Made by a program: the position numbers and the translations under genes. The notes under the pieces were generated by a model. The model did not search any database, was not told the origin of the DNA, and saw only the letters and a list, made by a program, of their open reading frames with translations. DNA of 64,000 nt from an uncultured Nitrospiraceae bacterium (GTDB taxonomy: Bacteria > Nitrospirota > Thermodesulfovibrionia > Thermodesulfovibrionales > SM23-35), in contig CAVSHB010000003.1 in assembly GCA_963727775.1 (NCBI GenBank), forward strand, positions 32,001 through 96,000, written 5' to 3'. Positions 43,627 through 52,886 of the stretch are shown here, in pieces (positions within the stretch are counted from its first letter, which is position 1; every line of letters starts with the position of its first letter).

Positions 43627-44436
43627 ATGAAAGCTGGGTTTTATCAATTCAATCCAGCCTTTGGCAGGACAAATGAAAATCTGCAAAAGGTTTTGTCTGC
43701 GGTAAAAGACGCTGATTTAGAACTTCTTGTCCTCCCGGAGTTTTTTGCAACAGGATATCAGTTTGTCTCAAAAGATGAAGTAGCAGCGCTTTCCGAGGAG
43801 ATACCGGCGGGATTTACAACAAACTCCCTTTTGGAGCTTTCAAGCCAAAAAGGTATTTACATAGTGGCCGGCATTGCTGAAAGAGACAAAGATAATTTTT
43901 TTAACAGCGCTGTCATTACCGGTCCTGCCGGACTCATCGGGGTTTATCGGAAGACCCATCTTTTTTATGAAGAAAAACTTTATTTCGTTCCAGGCGATAC
44001 GGGATTCAAGGTCTGGGATACAAAGATAGGCCGGATCGGCATCATGATATGTTTCGATTGGTTCTTTCCCGAATCAATGAGAACGCTTGCGCTCTCGGGA
44101 GCTGATATTGTCGCGCACCCCTCGAATCTGGTTCTGCCTTATTGCCCTCAGGCCATGCCTGTAAGGTGTCTTGAGAACAGAGTTTTCGCCATAACCGCGA
44201 ACAGGACAGGGGAGGAAAAAAGAAATGGGAAGTCCTTACGGTTTATCGGGCAAAGCCTCATTGCTTCACCTGAAGGGAAGGTCATGATTAAGGCGCCGGA
44301 AGATGATGAAGCACTGTTGATTGTGGAGATCGATCCGGAGGCGGCGCGAAACAAATCATTGAACCCTCTGAACAATGTCTTTGATGACAGAAGACCTGAA
44401 ATGTATTTGAGCCTGACAGAAAAGAAAATAAAATAG
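43627..44436 (+). CDS. Carbon-nitrogen hydrolase (nitrilase family)
   Basis: LPE, YRK.HL, ICFDW catalytic triad. Confidence 0.9.
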   Translation: MKAGFYQFNPAFGRTNENLQKVLSAVKDADLELLVLPEFFATGYQFVSKDEVAALSEEIPAGFTTNSLLELSSQKGIYIVAGIAERDKDNFFNSAVITGPAGLIGVYRKTHLFYEEKLYFVPGDTGFKVWDTKIGRIGIMICFDWFFPESMRTLALSGADIVAHPSNLVLPYCPQAMPVRCLENRVFAITANRTGEEKRNGKSLRFIGQSLIASPEGKVMIKAPEDDEALLIVEIDPEAARNKSLNPLNNVFDDRRPEMYLSLTEKKIK

Positions 44437-44444
44437 GCATCCGG

Positions 44445-45110
44445 ATGAATTCTTTTATCTGGCCTGAAAATATCAGTGAGGCAAAGGCCGCTCAGATGTC
44501 CCTGGAAGGCAGAGTAACTATAGTCCCTTATATGAAAAAACCAATATTTGTTGCAGGAGTAGATGCATCATTTATCGGAGATAAGGTTATCGGAGTTGCC
44601 TGTCTTTTTAAGTATCCCGAATTGATTCCAATAGAAGATGCATACGCGGTCATGAAGGTTTCATTTCCGTACATACCGGGCTTTTTATCATTCAGAGAAG
44701 GTCCTGCGATCATCGAAGCGCTCAACAGACTGAAAACTAAACCCGATTTAATTCTTTGTGACGGTCAGGGGATAGCTCATCCCAAAAGGCTTGGCATTGC
44801 GTCCCATATAGGCATACTGATTGATATCCCGACTATAGGATGCGCAAAATCAAGATTGATCGGAAAATACAAAGAACCAAAATCCAAAAAGGGAGAATGG
44901 ACCCAACTGGAACATAAGGGAGAAATTATTGGGGCCGTTTTGAGGACGAGGGACTATGTCAAACCTGTCTTCGTTTCCCCCGGCCACAGGACTGATTTAA
45001 AGACTTCCATAAAAATCGTGCTCGCTTGCACCGGGAAGTTCAGGATTCCTGAGCCGGTAAGGAGAGCAGATTCCATATCGAAAAAAATAAAGAAAGAAAA
45101 GTTGGATTGA
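44445..45110 (+). CDS. nfi: Endonuclease V
   Basis: GVD, FPYIPGFLSFRE, DGQGIAHP, IGCAK, SPGH. Confidence 0.95.
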   Translation: MNSFIWPENISEAKAAQMSLEGRVTIVPYMKKPIFVAGVDASFIGDKVIGVACLFKYPELIPIEDAYAVMKVSFPYIPGFLSFREGPAIIEALNRLKTKPDLILCDGQGIAHPKRLGIASHIGILIDIPTIGCAKSRLIGKYKEPKSKKGEWTQLEHKGEIIGAVLRTRDYVKPVFVSPGHRTDLKTSIKIVLACTGKFRIPEPVRRADSISKKIKKEKLD

Positions 45111-45112
45111 GT

Positions 45113-45907
45113 TTAATTTTCTGCTTCTCTATTTAACAATTGCAAAGCCCTCTCGTGAAGTCTCTTGTTTCCCGATACAAGGAGAGGCGAAGATTTCTTA
45201 AGGCCGGCTTCTATTCCCTCGATTCCGGTCCCTTTCATATCTGTAAATATGCCTCCCGCCTCCTTTACCAATAACCAGCCGGCTGCAAAGTCAAAACTCC
45301 TCGAAGGGGATGGATTGGCAAAAACACTGATCGCCCCGCACGCGAGGTATGAAAGATCAAGCGCTGTGGACCCGAGGCATCGTGTCTTTCTCGATTCCGA
45401 CAAAAGGGAAATTAGCCGGGGGACATCTTTGCGGGGGTTCTGTGCTTCATATGAAATAAGATAAAAAACATCATCCGTCTGAGCGTGTATCTTTTCACCG
45501 TTCAAGAACGCGCCTTTCCCCCTCTCAGCCACGAACTCATCTCCATTGATAAGGTTCACAACATAGGCAAGTTCAATATCTCCAATCGTATGGCCGTCCA
45601 TAACTGCGATGGAAGTGCAATAAAAAGGGATACCCGAAACAGCATTCCTGCTGCCGTCAACAGGGTCTATTAGTACTTTCTTGCCGCCGCCTCTTATGTC
45701 CTTATGCCCGGCCTCTTCAGAGATGATAGTCAGCGCGTCTCCTGATTCTTCGAGAGCCGAGAGAATAATGTCTTCTGCCTTTTTGTCTATCACATAGGTT
45801 TTATCCCCGGCTGCTCCGATGCCGATGGCAGTCTTGTTTATCTTTTTTGTTGAATGGAATTCTTTGAGAAGCCTCTGCCCGATAGTTCTTAATAGTTCAA
45901 TTTTCAT
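45113..45907 (-). CDS. Inositol monophosphatase/FBPase family protein
   Basis: SEE, IDPVDGS.N, R.LGS.ALD, D.AAG. Confidence 0.88.
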   Translation of the reverse strand: MKIELLRTIGQRLLKEFHSTKKINKTAIGIGAAGDKTYVIDKKAEDIILSALEESGDALTIISEEAGHKDIRGGGKKVLIDPVDGSRNAVSGIPFYCTSIAVMDGHTIGDIELAYVVNLINGDEFVAERGKGAFLNGEKIHAQTDDVFYLISYEAQNPRKDVPRLISLLSESRKTRCLGSTALDLSYLACGAISVFANPSPSRSFDFAAGWLLVKEAGGIFTDMKGTGIEGIEAGLKKSSPLLVSGNKRLHERALQLLNREAEN

Positions 45908-45933
45908 ATAAAATTTATTTTACCAAAAAACAC
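45850..45933 (+). repeat. 84-bp direct repeat, copy 1
   Basis: Identical to 46825-46908; covers the IMPase start and upstream region. Confidence 0.95.
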
Positions 45934-46038
45934 AGATATGGAAACAACAATGCCGTGCTCCCGACAGAAAGGCTTCGCGGTATGATAAAGGAGAGAATCT
46001 GTGAATTCTATTATGAGATAGTTAATGCAAAGGAGATA

Positions 46039-46239
46039 TTAACGTTTTTTTCTTATTTCAGATATTATCTCCCTTATATCGGTATCTTTAAGCCACTGGT
46101 CTCGCTCTTTGGTATAATCTCCCCGTCCGGTTTCAAACTGCTGCAGGAAGCGTACCATTCCAAGCGGTCCCAGTTTCTTTGCGACTGCTTCCAGACCCGC
46201 CTTTCGTATGACAGCCGGGTTCATCGTTAACGTAGTCAT
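46039..46239 (-). CDS. Small putative antitoxin
   Basis: G..AL...LG..G..RFL..F..G.GDYT.ER pattern typical of partners of this PIN class; ATGA overlap. Confidence 0.7.
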   Translation of the reverse strand: MTTLTMNPAVIRKAGLEAVAKKLGPLGMVRFLQQFETGRGDYTKERDQWLKDTDIREIISEIRKKR

Positions 46240-46679
46240 TTAATCACCTCCATCACCCACCGTAGCGGGTTTGCTACCTTCACTTTCAGCGTTCTTTTGT
46301 TCTTCGCTGCTTTGCTCAACAAATTGTCGTCTGTTGTAAGAAGTATCTCTGCCTTTGCTTTTTCTGCGCATGCTACGTGTAATGCATCGAGCGTTTTCAG
46401 CCCCAATTTCTTAATTTCAATAGCGCGCTTTTCAACTACCGCATCGATCTTAACGTGCGCATCGCGGACGGTTGAAAGAATCTGTACCATGAGCCGTTTG
46501 TCATCATCGGGCATTTTAGAAATTTCGTAATCTATTGCATCACTTCCTATTACGCTCCAACCAACCGTTCGGCTATGATTAAGAATAGAAAGGATCGCTT
46601 CTGCCTCCAGATGAATCCTGCTCTGCATTTGATCATCGAATGGCCGATTAAGACAGCACACATCGAAATAAATTCTCAT
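46236..46679 (-). CDS. PIN-domain protein
   Basis: YFDVCCLNRPFDD, DALHVACA, LTTDD, NP. Confidence 0.85.
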   Translation of the reverse strand: MRIYFDVCCLNRPFDDQMQSRIHLEAEAILSILNHSRTVGWSVIGSDAIDYEISKMPDDDKRLMVQILSTVRDAHVKIDAVVEKRAIEIKKLGLKTLDALHVACAEKAKAEILLTTDDNLLSKAAKNKRTLKVKVANPLRWVMEVIK

Positions 46680-46824
46680 ATGAATAATATTATCAGACGG
46701 GTACGATAGCTGCAAGACGTATTGGAAACCATGCCGAAGCGAACCTCTCCCAAAAAACTTTCCCCTGTCTACTTACCGCACAATCTATGCCCTTTTGAGA
46801 AGAGCTGACCCTATAGACTCTTTA

Positions 46825-46908
46825 TTGAATGGAATTCTTTGAGAAGCCTCTGCCCGATAGTTCTTAATAGTTCAATTTTCATATAAAATTTATTTTACCA
46901 AAAAACAC
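46825..46908 (+). repeat. 84-bp direct repeat, copy 2
   Basis: Identical to 45850-45933. Confidence 0.95.
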
Positions 46909-47207
46909 GACTACAGAAACAATAATCGGGAATATCGGCAGCAAAAGCTTACCGGTTCTTTTCAGCGAACTATACCTTTTGCATATTCCGGTGACCTGCC
47001 ACCCATTCTGACGAGAGGCAGCCACGGGGTTGCAGGGAAGAGATGCGAATATTTTGATATCGTGAATATGGTTGGTCCGCCTCTAAATACGCACAGTCTG
47101 TATGTGGATAGTATCTACAAGCCAATACTTTCAGAAAATCGAAACTCCAGCAATAGTCCACCGCGCTATACGTAACAAAACCTACTTTTTCTTTTAGTTT
47201 CAGTTGG

Positions 47208-48140
47208 TTATATGCTGTTGTCTATTATCCCTTTTTTGTCCCACTCAAAGCTATCATCTCTTATTGGCTGTGTCCTTTGCAGTACAACGTTAATGGCTTT
47301 ATAGTAGTCCCGCTGCACTTTGAGATTGGAGACTCTACAATAGCACTGCGTTGTAGTGATCCGGCTGTGGCCCAGTAAATCCTGTATGGTAACGAGATCG
47401 GCATCTGCATTCAATAACTGTGTTGCCATAGTGTGCCTCAAGTGATGACAGGATACCGCTATCCCCGCTCTCTGTGCATAGTGTTCGATCCTCTTTTGAA
47501 TGCCGCGAACTGATATCGGCTTCCCCCTAAGCGGCCCCTTTTGCACTAAGAACAACCTTTTCTCCTTCGACCATCTACGTTTATCCATATAAGTTTTTAA
47601 GGTACTCAGAGCGTCATCGCTGAGATAGACAACTCTGTCCTTGCTGCCTTTCCCATTGAAGACATAAAGCTGTCTGCTGCGATACTCTATCGCATCTGCT
47701 GTCAGTCGCGCAACCTCTTCAACCCGCAGACCGCATCTGAGCATTAGCATGAACATGGCCCGATCTCTGGTATCGCTGATTTCGTTGAAGAGTGCTGCAA
47801 CCTGCTGGTCTCTGAGATGTTTGGGCAGCGGCCGCGGTAACCGAAGCCTGTATTTCTTTTTGACGGGGTTGGCAATAGGCATTCTCTCCTCTTCTATAAG
47901 ATAATCATAAAAGGTATGGATGCAGCCGAAATGACAATTGATGGTCTTTGGTTTCTTCCTCCTTCTCAAGAGATGGTCCATATAGGCGTCCGTTTCTTTA
48001 GACGTTGCCCGCTCTATAGGAATCCGCAGCCAGGCACTGAAATGACCAAGGATATTGACGTAGTTTTTCACGGTGTGCACCGAATAGTTCCTCCGCTTCA
48101 GAAATCTCCGGTATCTCGCAATCAGCTCAGTAGGCTCCAT
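47208..48140 (-). CDS. Tyrosine recombinase (second of pair)
   Basis: CGLR, KGSKDR, HHLRH, LGH, TQCY. Confidence 0.9.
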   Translation of the reverse strand: MEPTELIARYRRFLKRRNYSVHTVKNYVNILGHFSAWLRIPIERATSKETDAYMDHLLRRRKKPKTINCHFGCIHTFYDYLIEEERMPIANPVKKKYRLRLPRPLPKHLRDQQVAALFNEISDTRDRAMFMLMLRCGLRVEEVARLTADAIEYRSRQLYVFNGKGSKDRVVYLSDDALSTLKTYMDKRRWSKEKRLFLVQKGPLRGKPISVRGIQKRIEHYAQRAGIAVSCHHLRHTMATQLLNADADLVTIQDLLGHSRITTTQCYCRVSNLKVQRDYYKAINVVLQRTQPIRDDSFEWDKKGIIDNSI

Positions 48141-49140
48141 CAATGCCTCCTTGCTCGATAATCGCCATGGCACGGAAGTACTCCTCCTCCCGGCTTTTAT
48201 CGGTAAGGCGAGCATACCGCCGGGTCATCTCTATATCGCGATGGCCCAACAAGAGCTGGAGACATTCCAGGCGCATGCCCGCGTTCAGCAGTTCACTCGC
48301 AAAGGTATGTCTCATGCTGTGGATCGTGTAACCTTTATGCTGCAGCCCTGCAGCACATATATACTTCACAAAAATATTGCGGGCTTGAGTGTACCCTAAA
48401 TGTCTATGCTGTAGACCGGGGAATAGATACTCGCTTTGATGTTTTCTTTTTCTAAGCCAGAGCCTTAAGGCCATTAAAGCATCGTCGCTGAGATAGACCA
48501 CTCGTCCAAGGCAGTTCTTTTCCCCCTCATAAATGTGTATCTTTCTTTCCCTAACATCCAAGTCTCTTACATTCAGGCGAAGAACTTCGCCGATTCTCAT
48601 GCCTGTTCGTAAGAGCACGAGTATCAGGGCACGGTCACGTATCTCTTTAATAGCACCAAGAAACTTTCTTACATTGCCCGGTGCAATAGCTCTTGGCAGG
48701 AAATCAGGCACTTTGAGTTTGATCTTACGTTTGAGTATACGTTCGCCAACGATATCCTGATCGATCAGAAACCGCAGGAAAGCAAAGAGGCAATGAAGCC
48801 TTGTCCTTACCGTCGTGACCTTCAGCCCTCGATCCTGTTCGTGTTCGACAAATCTCTCAAGATCGTCACTGACTACATCTTGAAGTTGGCTCTTCCCTAT
48901 GCTGGCATAGAAAGTGAGAAAGGAACTCACAGCGTGGAGACTGCTCTCAAGAGTGCTTGGCTTGTGATTCATTCTCCACTTGTGGCGCATGTAGCTCTCG
49001 CAGGCCTCTTTGCCGGGAAACTCCATTGCAGAAATCTTCTGAAGAATACGATCAATATAAGAGCTTGCTACATCCTGATAACTTATTACTTCGATTTCAC
49101 TGCTGTGTGGTCTGCTGACAATCGGTCTTGCCTGGGTCAT
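48127..49140 (-). CDS. Tyrosine recombinase (first of pair)
   Basis: TGMR, HSMRH, LGH, TRRY; GAGGAGG RBS. Confidence 0.9.
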   Translation of the reverse strand: MTQARPIVSRPHSSEIEVISYQDVASSYIDRILQKISAMEFPGKEACESYMRHKWRMNHKPSTLESSLHAVSSFLTFYASIGKSQLQDVVSDDLERFVEHEQDRGLKVTTVRTRLHCLFAFLRFLIDQDIVGERILKRKIKLKVPDFLPRAIAPGNVRKFLGAIKEIRDRALILVLLRTGMRIGEVLRLNVRDLDVRERKIHIYEGEKNCLGRVVYLSDDALMALRLWLRKRKHQSEYLFPGLQHRHLGYTQARNIFVKYICAAGLQHKGYTIHSMRHTFASELLNAGMRLECLQLLLGHRDIEMTRRYARLTDKSREEEYFRAMAIIEQGGIDGAY

Positions 49141-49623
49141 TGATCCTCCTCTTCCTTTTTGAAAAAGCAGGCTTGATCATGACCCTTGGTGGTCCTAAGA
49201 ATCAATCAATTTTGTTACGTATAGCACTCGGAATAAAACACCATCGGAAAAACCTGAGGGCGCGTGTTTCAGCCACAAAGTCTGATTTTCAATATGATCG
49301 TGAGAGTATCAGTTTCGGATTGAAAGAAAGATATCCATCTTACGTCTTTCACTTCTAAGTGGTAAACCCGAGATACAACAGCACTGCGTCTTTAGCCATA
49401 CGTTGCTACTATTGTCGAAAGTCTGCCAGCGGTAGATTAACCAGCAATCCTTTTACTGTTTGGCATTTGTGCGAGGAGTAAGCATGGCTATTTGGAAGCC
49501 AAACAGGACGACTATTGCGTAAAACAACTTCACCCCTGCTTCCAAAAGTACTCTCTCTATTCAATTCTTCTTTTACGCATAACTTCTCAATCGCAATATA
49601 TAAAACTCGCAACCAGTGATAGA

Positions 49624-50790
49624 TTATTTTGCTCCTGCCCTGATAAGCAGTTCCTTTACCTCTTTGTGGCCATTCTGGTCAGCCGCAAACAACGCGGTTG
49701 AGCCGTCATTCGCTTTAGCATTTACGTCGGCACCCTTAGCGAGCAGCAACTCCACAACCTCTTTGTGGCCTTCCGCGGAAGCCATCATCAACGCCGTTCC
49801 GCCGTTCTGCCATTTCGCATTGACGTCGGCACCCTTAGCGAGCAGCAATTCCACGACCTCTTTGTGCCCCTTCTGGGCAGCTACAAACAATGCGATTGAG
49901 CCGTCATTCCTCTTAGCATTGACGTCGGCGCCTTTAGCGAGCAGCAACTCCACGACCTCTTTGTGGCCTTCCGTTGAAGCTATCATCAATGCGGTTGAGC
50001 CGTCATTCGCTTTAGCACTGACATCGGCACCCTTAGCGAGCAGCAACTCCACGACCTCTTTGTGCCCCTTCTGGGCAGCTACAAACAATGCGATTGAGCC
50101 GTCATTCCTCTTAGCATTGACGTCGGCGCCTTTAGCGAGCAGCAACTCCACGACCTCTTTGTGGCCTCCCGCGGAAGCTATCATCAACACGGTTGAACCG
50201 TCATTCGCTTTAGCATTGACATCGGCACCCTTAGCGAGCAGCAACTCCACGACCTCTTTGTGGCCATTCCGGGAAGCCATAAACAACGCCGTTCCGCCGT
50301 CATTCGCTTTAGCGTTAACGTCGGCACCCTTAGCGAGCAGCAACTCCACGACCTCTTTGTGGCCATTCCGGGAAGCCATAAACAACGCCGTTCCGCCGTT
50401 TCGCCATTTAGCATTGACGTCGGCACCTTTAGCGAGCAGCAACTCCACGACCTCTTTGTGGCCTCCCGCGGAAGCTATCATCAACACGGTTGAACCGTCA
50501 TTCGCTTTAGCATTGACGTCGGCACCTTTAGCGAGCAGCAACTCCACGACCTCTTTGTGGCCTCCCGCGGAAGCTATCATCAACGCGGTTGAGCCGTCAT
50601 TCGCTTTAGCATTGACATCGGCACCCTTAGCGATAAGATCTTTAATCTCAAGCAAATCGCCGTTTAGTGCTGCTTTGAGGAAATCTTCATTCACACCAGC
50701 AATGGCAACAGTTGCCCACAAAGCGAAGACCACTATCAACCCCACTACCATACCAAACGTCTTGATCAGGCTGCTCATCTTTACATGCAT
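49624..50790 (-). CDS. Exported ankyrin-repeat protein (~11 repeats)
   Basis: Hydrophobic signal peptide ending AIA; repeated TAL..AS..GHKEVVELLLAKGADVNAK. Confidence 0.92.
   Translation of the reverse strand: MHVKMSSLIKTFGMVVGLIVVFALWATVAIAGVNEDFLKAALNGDLLEIKDLIAKGADVNAKANDGSTALMIASAGGHKEVVELLLAKGADVNAKANDGSTVLMIASAGGHKEVVELLLAKGADVNAKWRNGGTALFMASRNGHKEVVELLLAKGADVNAKANDGGTALFMASRNGHKEVVELLLAKGADVNAKANDGSTVLMIASAGGHKEVVELLLAKGADVNAKRNDGSIALFVAAQKGHKEVVELLLAKGADVSAKANDGSTALMIASTEGHKEVVELLLAKGADVNAKRNDGSIALFVAAQKGHKEVVELLLAKGADVNAKWQNGGTALMMASAEGHKEVVELLLAKGADVNAKANDGSTALFAADQNGHKEVKELLIRAGAK
49640..50631. repeat. 99-bp tandem repeat array (ankyrin coding)
   Basis: gagcagcaa recurs at 49741, 49840 ... 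50533 at an exact 99-bp period. Confidence 0.92.
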
Positions 50791-51168
50791 ATAAGGTCTC
50801 CTTTAAAAACTAAGGTGAGTTATTATTAGCAAAGGCCACTTTCTTTTGCAAGTAAAAATTACCGCCATGCAAAGGCTGTAGGCGATACCTATGGATGTAT
50901 GCCTGAAAAGGATAACAGCTGTTTGGGGCTGCAGATTCTCGGTCTGTTTTTACGTAATATACGGGGATGTTTTTCACAAAAAAAGGCGGCGTTTTATTGA
51001 TTAACGGTCGAAAGTTTTATATAAACTCTTGCTTTCGAAGCTCAAGATTATAGGGAGGATTCAACGGCAGCGCCAATTCTCCGATTATGAGGAGTAGAAA
51101 CGGAAAGAAACAGATTCAGGATATCGAAATTGACGTGGTGTACAAGAAGGAGTCCTTTTTTGAACCCT

Positions 51169-51988
51169 CTATTCTCCTGTCGCGTCTTCACCATCAGAAA
51201 AGACCTCTTCATGTAAAGCAGTAAACTTAGCATGAACTTTATCCAGGTCAACTTGCGACGCACTTGGCAACACAGAAAAAGCTCCGCGCAGGCAAAAGAT
51301 CATCGACTCAATTGCGGTGAGGAGTATTCCCTCCAAGCCCGCATCACTGGGGCCGTAGCAGAATCCGGTCACGTTTCCATCTGAGTCCACTACCAATGCA
51401 ACTTTCCAAGTCACGAACGTTCACGTGCACGGTCCCGCTGAACACAGAGTATGCACTATGGTAGAAGTCCGCCAACTCAGCCCGTTCGGCAAACCACTGC
51501 GTTTTGAGTTCCCGGATATCGTTGTCATCAATATTCTGCTTGATGGTGGCGAGCAAACTATCAAGCGTTGGATTCCCCAGCGCCGACTTTACGGAGTCGC
51601 TCAAGAGCTTGAACTTATTTATAAACTTCTTACGGTGCACCTCGTCCTCAAGGATATAGGCCCACCCCACCTCTGAATCCTTCGCTATTGCGATCAGCCG
51701 GAACATTACTTCCAGCAACGTCCGGAGGAGCGTAGTTGCCTCAGCAGGCATTCCACGTTCACCCAGTACAACAACACCCTGAAAAGTCGTGAGGGCGCGA
51801 TGAAGAAGACAGGCGATCAGAAGGTGTTGTGCATTGGTGCTCGTTATTCGTGTCGCAAAGATCTCGCGATGCGCCAACTCATTCAACTCCTCCGCGAGAC
51901 CGAAGGCCTTTGTATGAGCGTGTCGAAACTGTGCGGAAATCTCGCTCATTGCGGGACTCAGGAACCCCTTATCTCTCAAATCAGGCAT
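51169..51988 (-). pseudogene. DUF5677-like helical protein, frameshifted
   Basis: LLRTLLE...Y..FS..VH pattern; one extra T near 51400 splits it into 51344-51988 and 51169-51414. Confidence 0.6.
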
Positions 51989-52250
51989 CGCCCCATCCTG
52001 TGAAACTTAATAAGCGTATTCCCATAACAATATCCCATTTATACTAAACATGATTATATCAGAGTTCAAGTGTGTCGAGTTCAAGGAAGGATTCTCCGGA
52101 CGATTAGAGGTGTCCACGTCCCATTCAGTATAGCACTTGGAAATTAGCAGCCTTGAGGTTGGCTTAGGTTGAGAACTTCGGCTACTATTATTGAGTGTTA
52201 GTCAATCAGAAGTAGCAACGATTATGAGGTAAAATGTGGCTAACATTTCT

Positions 52251-52886
52251 TTATTCTATAAATTCAACCACTACCTCTTTTATATCCCAGAGTGGTTCCA
52301 GCTTTTCCTTAATTTCCTCCTTTATTGCAGGGGCAAACTGATGGTGAGGAGGCAGGTCTATTACAACACGTACGATACCGTCCCTTAATTCAACATTTTT
52401 TACCAGGTTGGTTCGCTCCAAATCCAACCCTGATAGTGGATTCACGACTTTCCTTAGTCTTTTATGTATCACCTCTTCAGTAGTCGGGTTTTTTTCTTTT
52501 ACCAGACCATGGCGCTCTTCATAGTTCTGTATGGCTGAACGCAGACCCTCAACAGCAAGAACTGAACAATGAGCCTTAATTTTGGGCAGACCTCCAAGCG
52601 CTTCTGAAGCTGTTTTCCAATTAATTTTCTTGGCTTCATCAAGCGTCTTGCCCTTTGCAAGTTCAGTGATGATAGAACCTGTTGCAATGTTTGAAGCACA
52701 GCCATAAGATTCAAATTTGATATCATTAATAGTTTTTTTCTCAGGATCAACTTTTATATATACGGAAACCATATCTCCACAAGAAGGACTACCTTCAGTA
52801 GCTTTCCCATCGGCATCCTCAATTTGTCCCACATTTCGTGGGTGGCGAAAGTGTTCCAACACTAGTTCACTATAAGGAAATTTCAT
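52251..52886 (-). CDS. iscU: IscU/NifU-type Fe-S scaffold fused to a DUF59-like domain
   Basis: HF.HPRN.G, CGD, GC, LPKIKAHC; C-terminal LRKVVNP...V.V domain. Confidence 0.88.
   Translation of the reverse strand: MKFPYSELVLEHFRHPRNVGQIEDADGKATEGSPSCGDMVSVYIKVDPEKKTINDIKFESYGCASNIATGSIITELAKGKTLDEAKKINWKTASEALGGLPKIKAHCSVLAVEGLRSAIQNYEERHGLVKEKNPTTEEVIHKRLRKVVNPLSGLDLERTNLVKNVELRDGIVRVVIDLPPHHQFAPAIKEEIKEKLEPLWDIKEVVVEFIE

Larger units (their letters stand above)
47165..49225 (-). mobile_element. Two-tyrosine-recombinase element with 16-bp terminal IRs
   Basis: GCTATACGTAACAAAA (47165-47180) / TTTTGTTACGTATAGC (49210-49225) tightly enclosing two overlapping recombinase genes. Confidence 0.8.

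Noticed and set aside
46980..47035. IS21-like terminal sequence (tgcatattccggtga..gccaccc)
   Set aside because: Isolated degenerate end with no partner or istAB genes
49640..50631. Constant/variable periodic array resembling CRISPR or a DGR
   Set aside because: In-frame 99-bp coding repeats, recurring 'spacers', and no cas or reverse transcriptase gene
49616..50794. 392-aa plus-strand repetitive ORF
   Set aside because: Antisense shadow of the ankyrin gene
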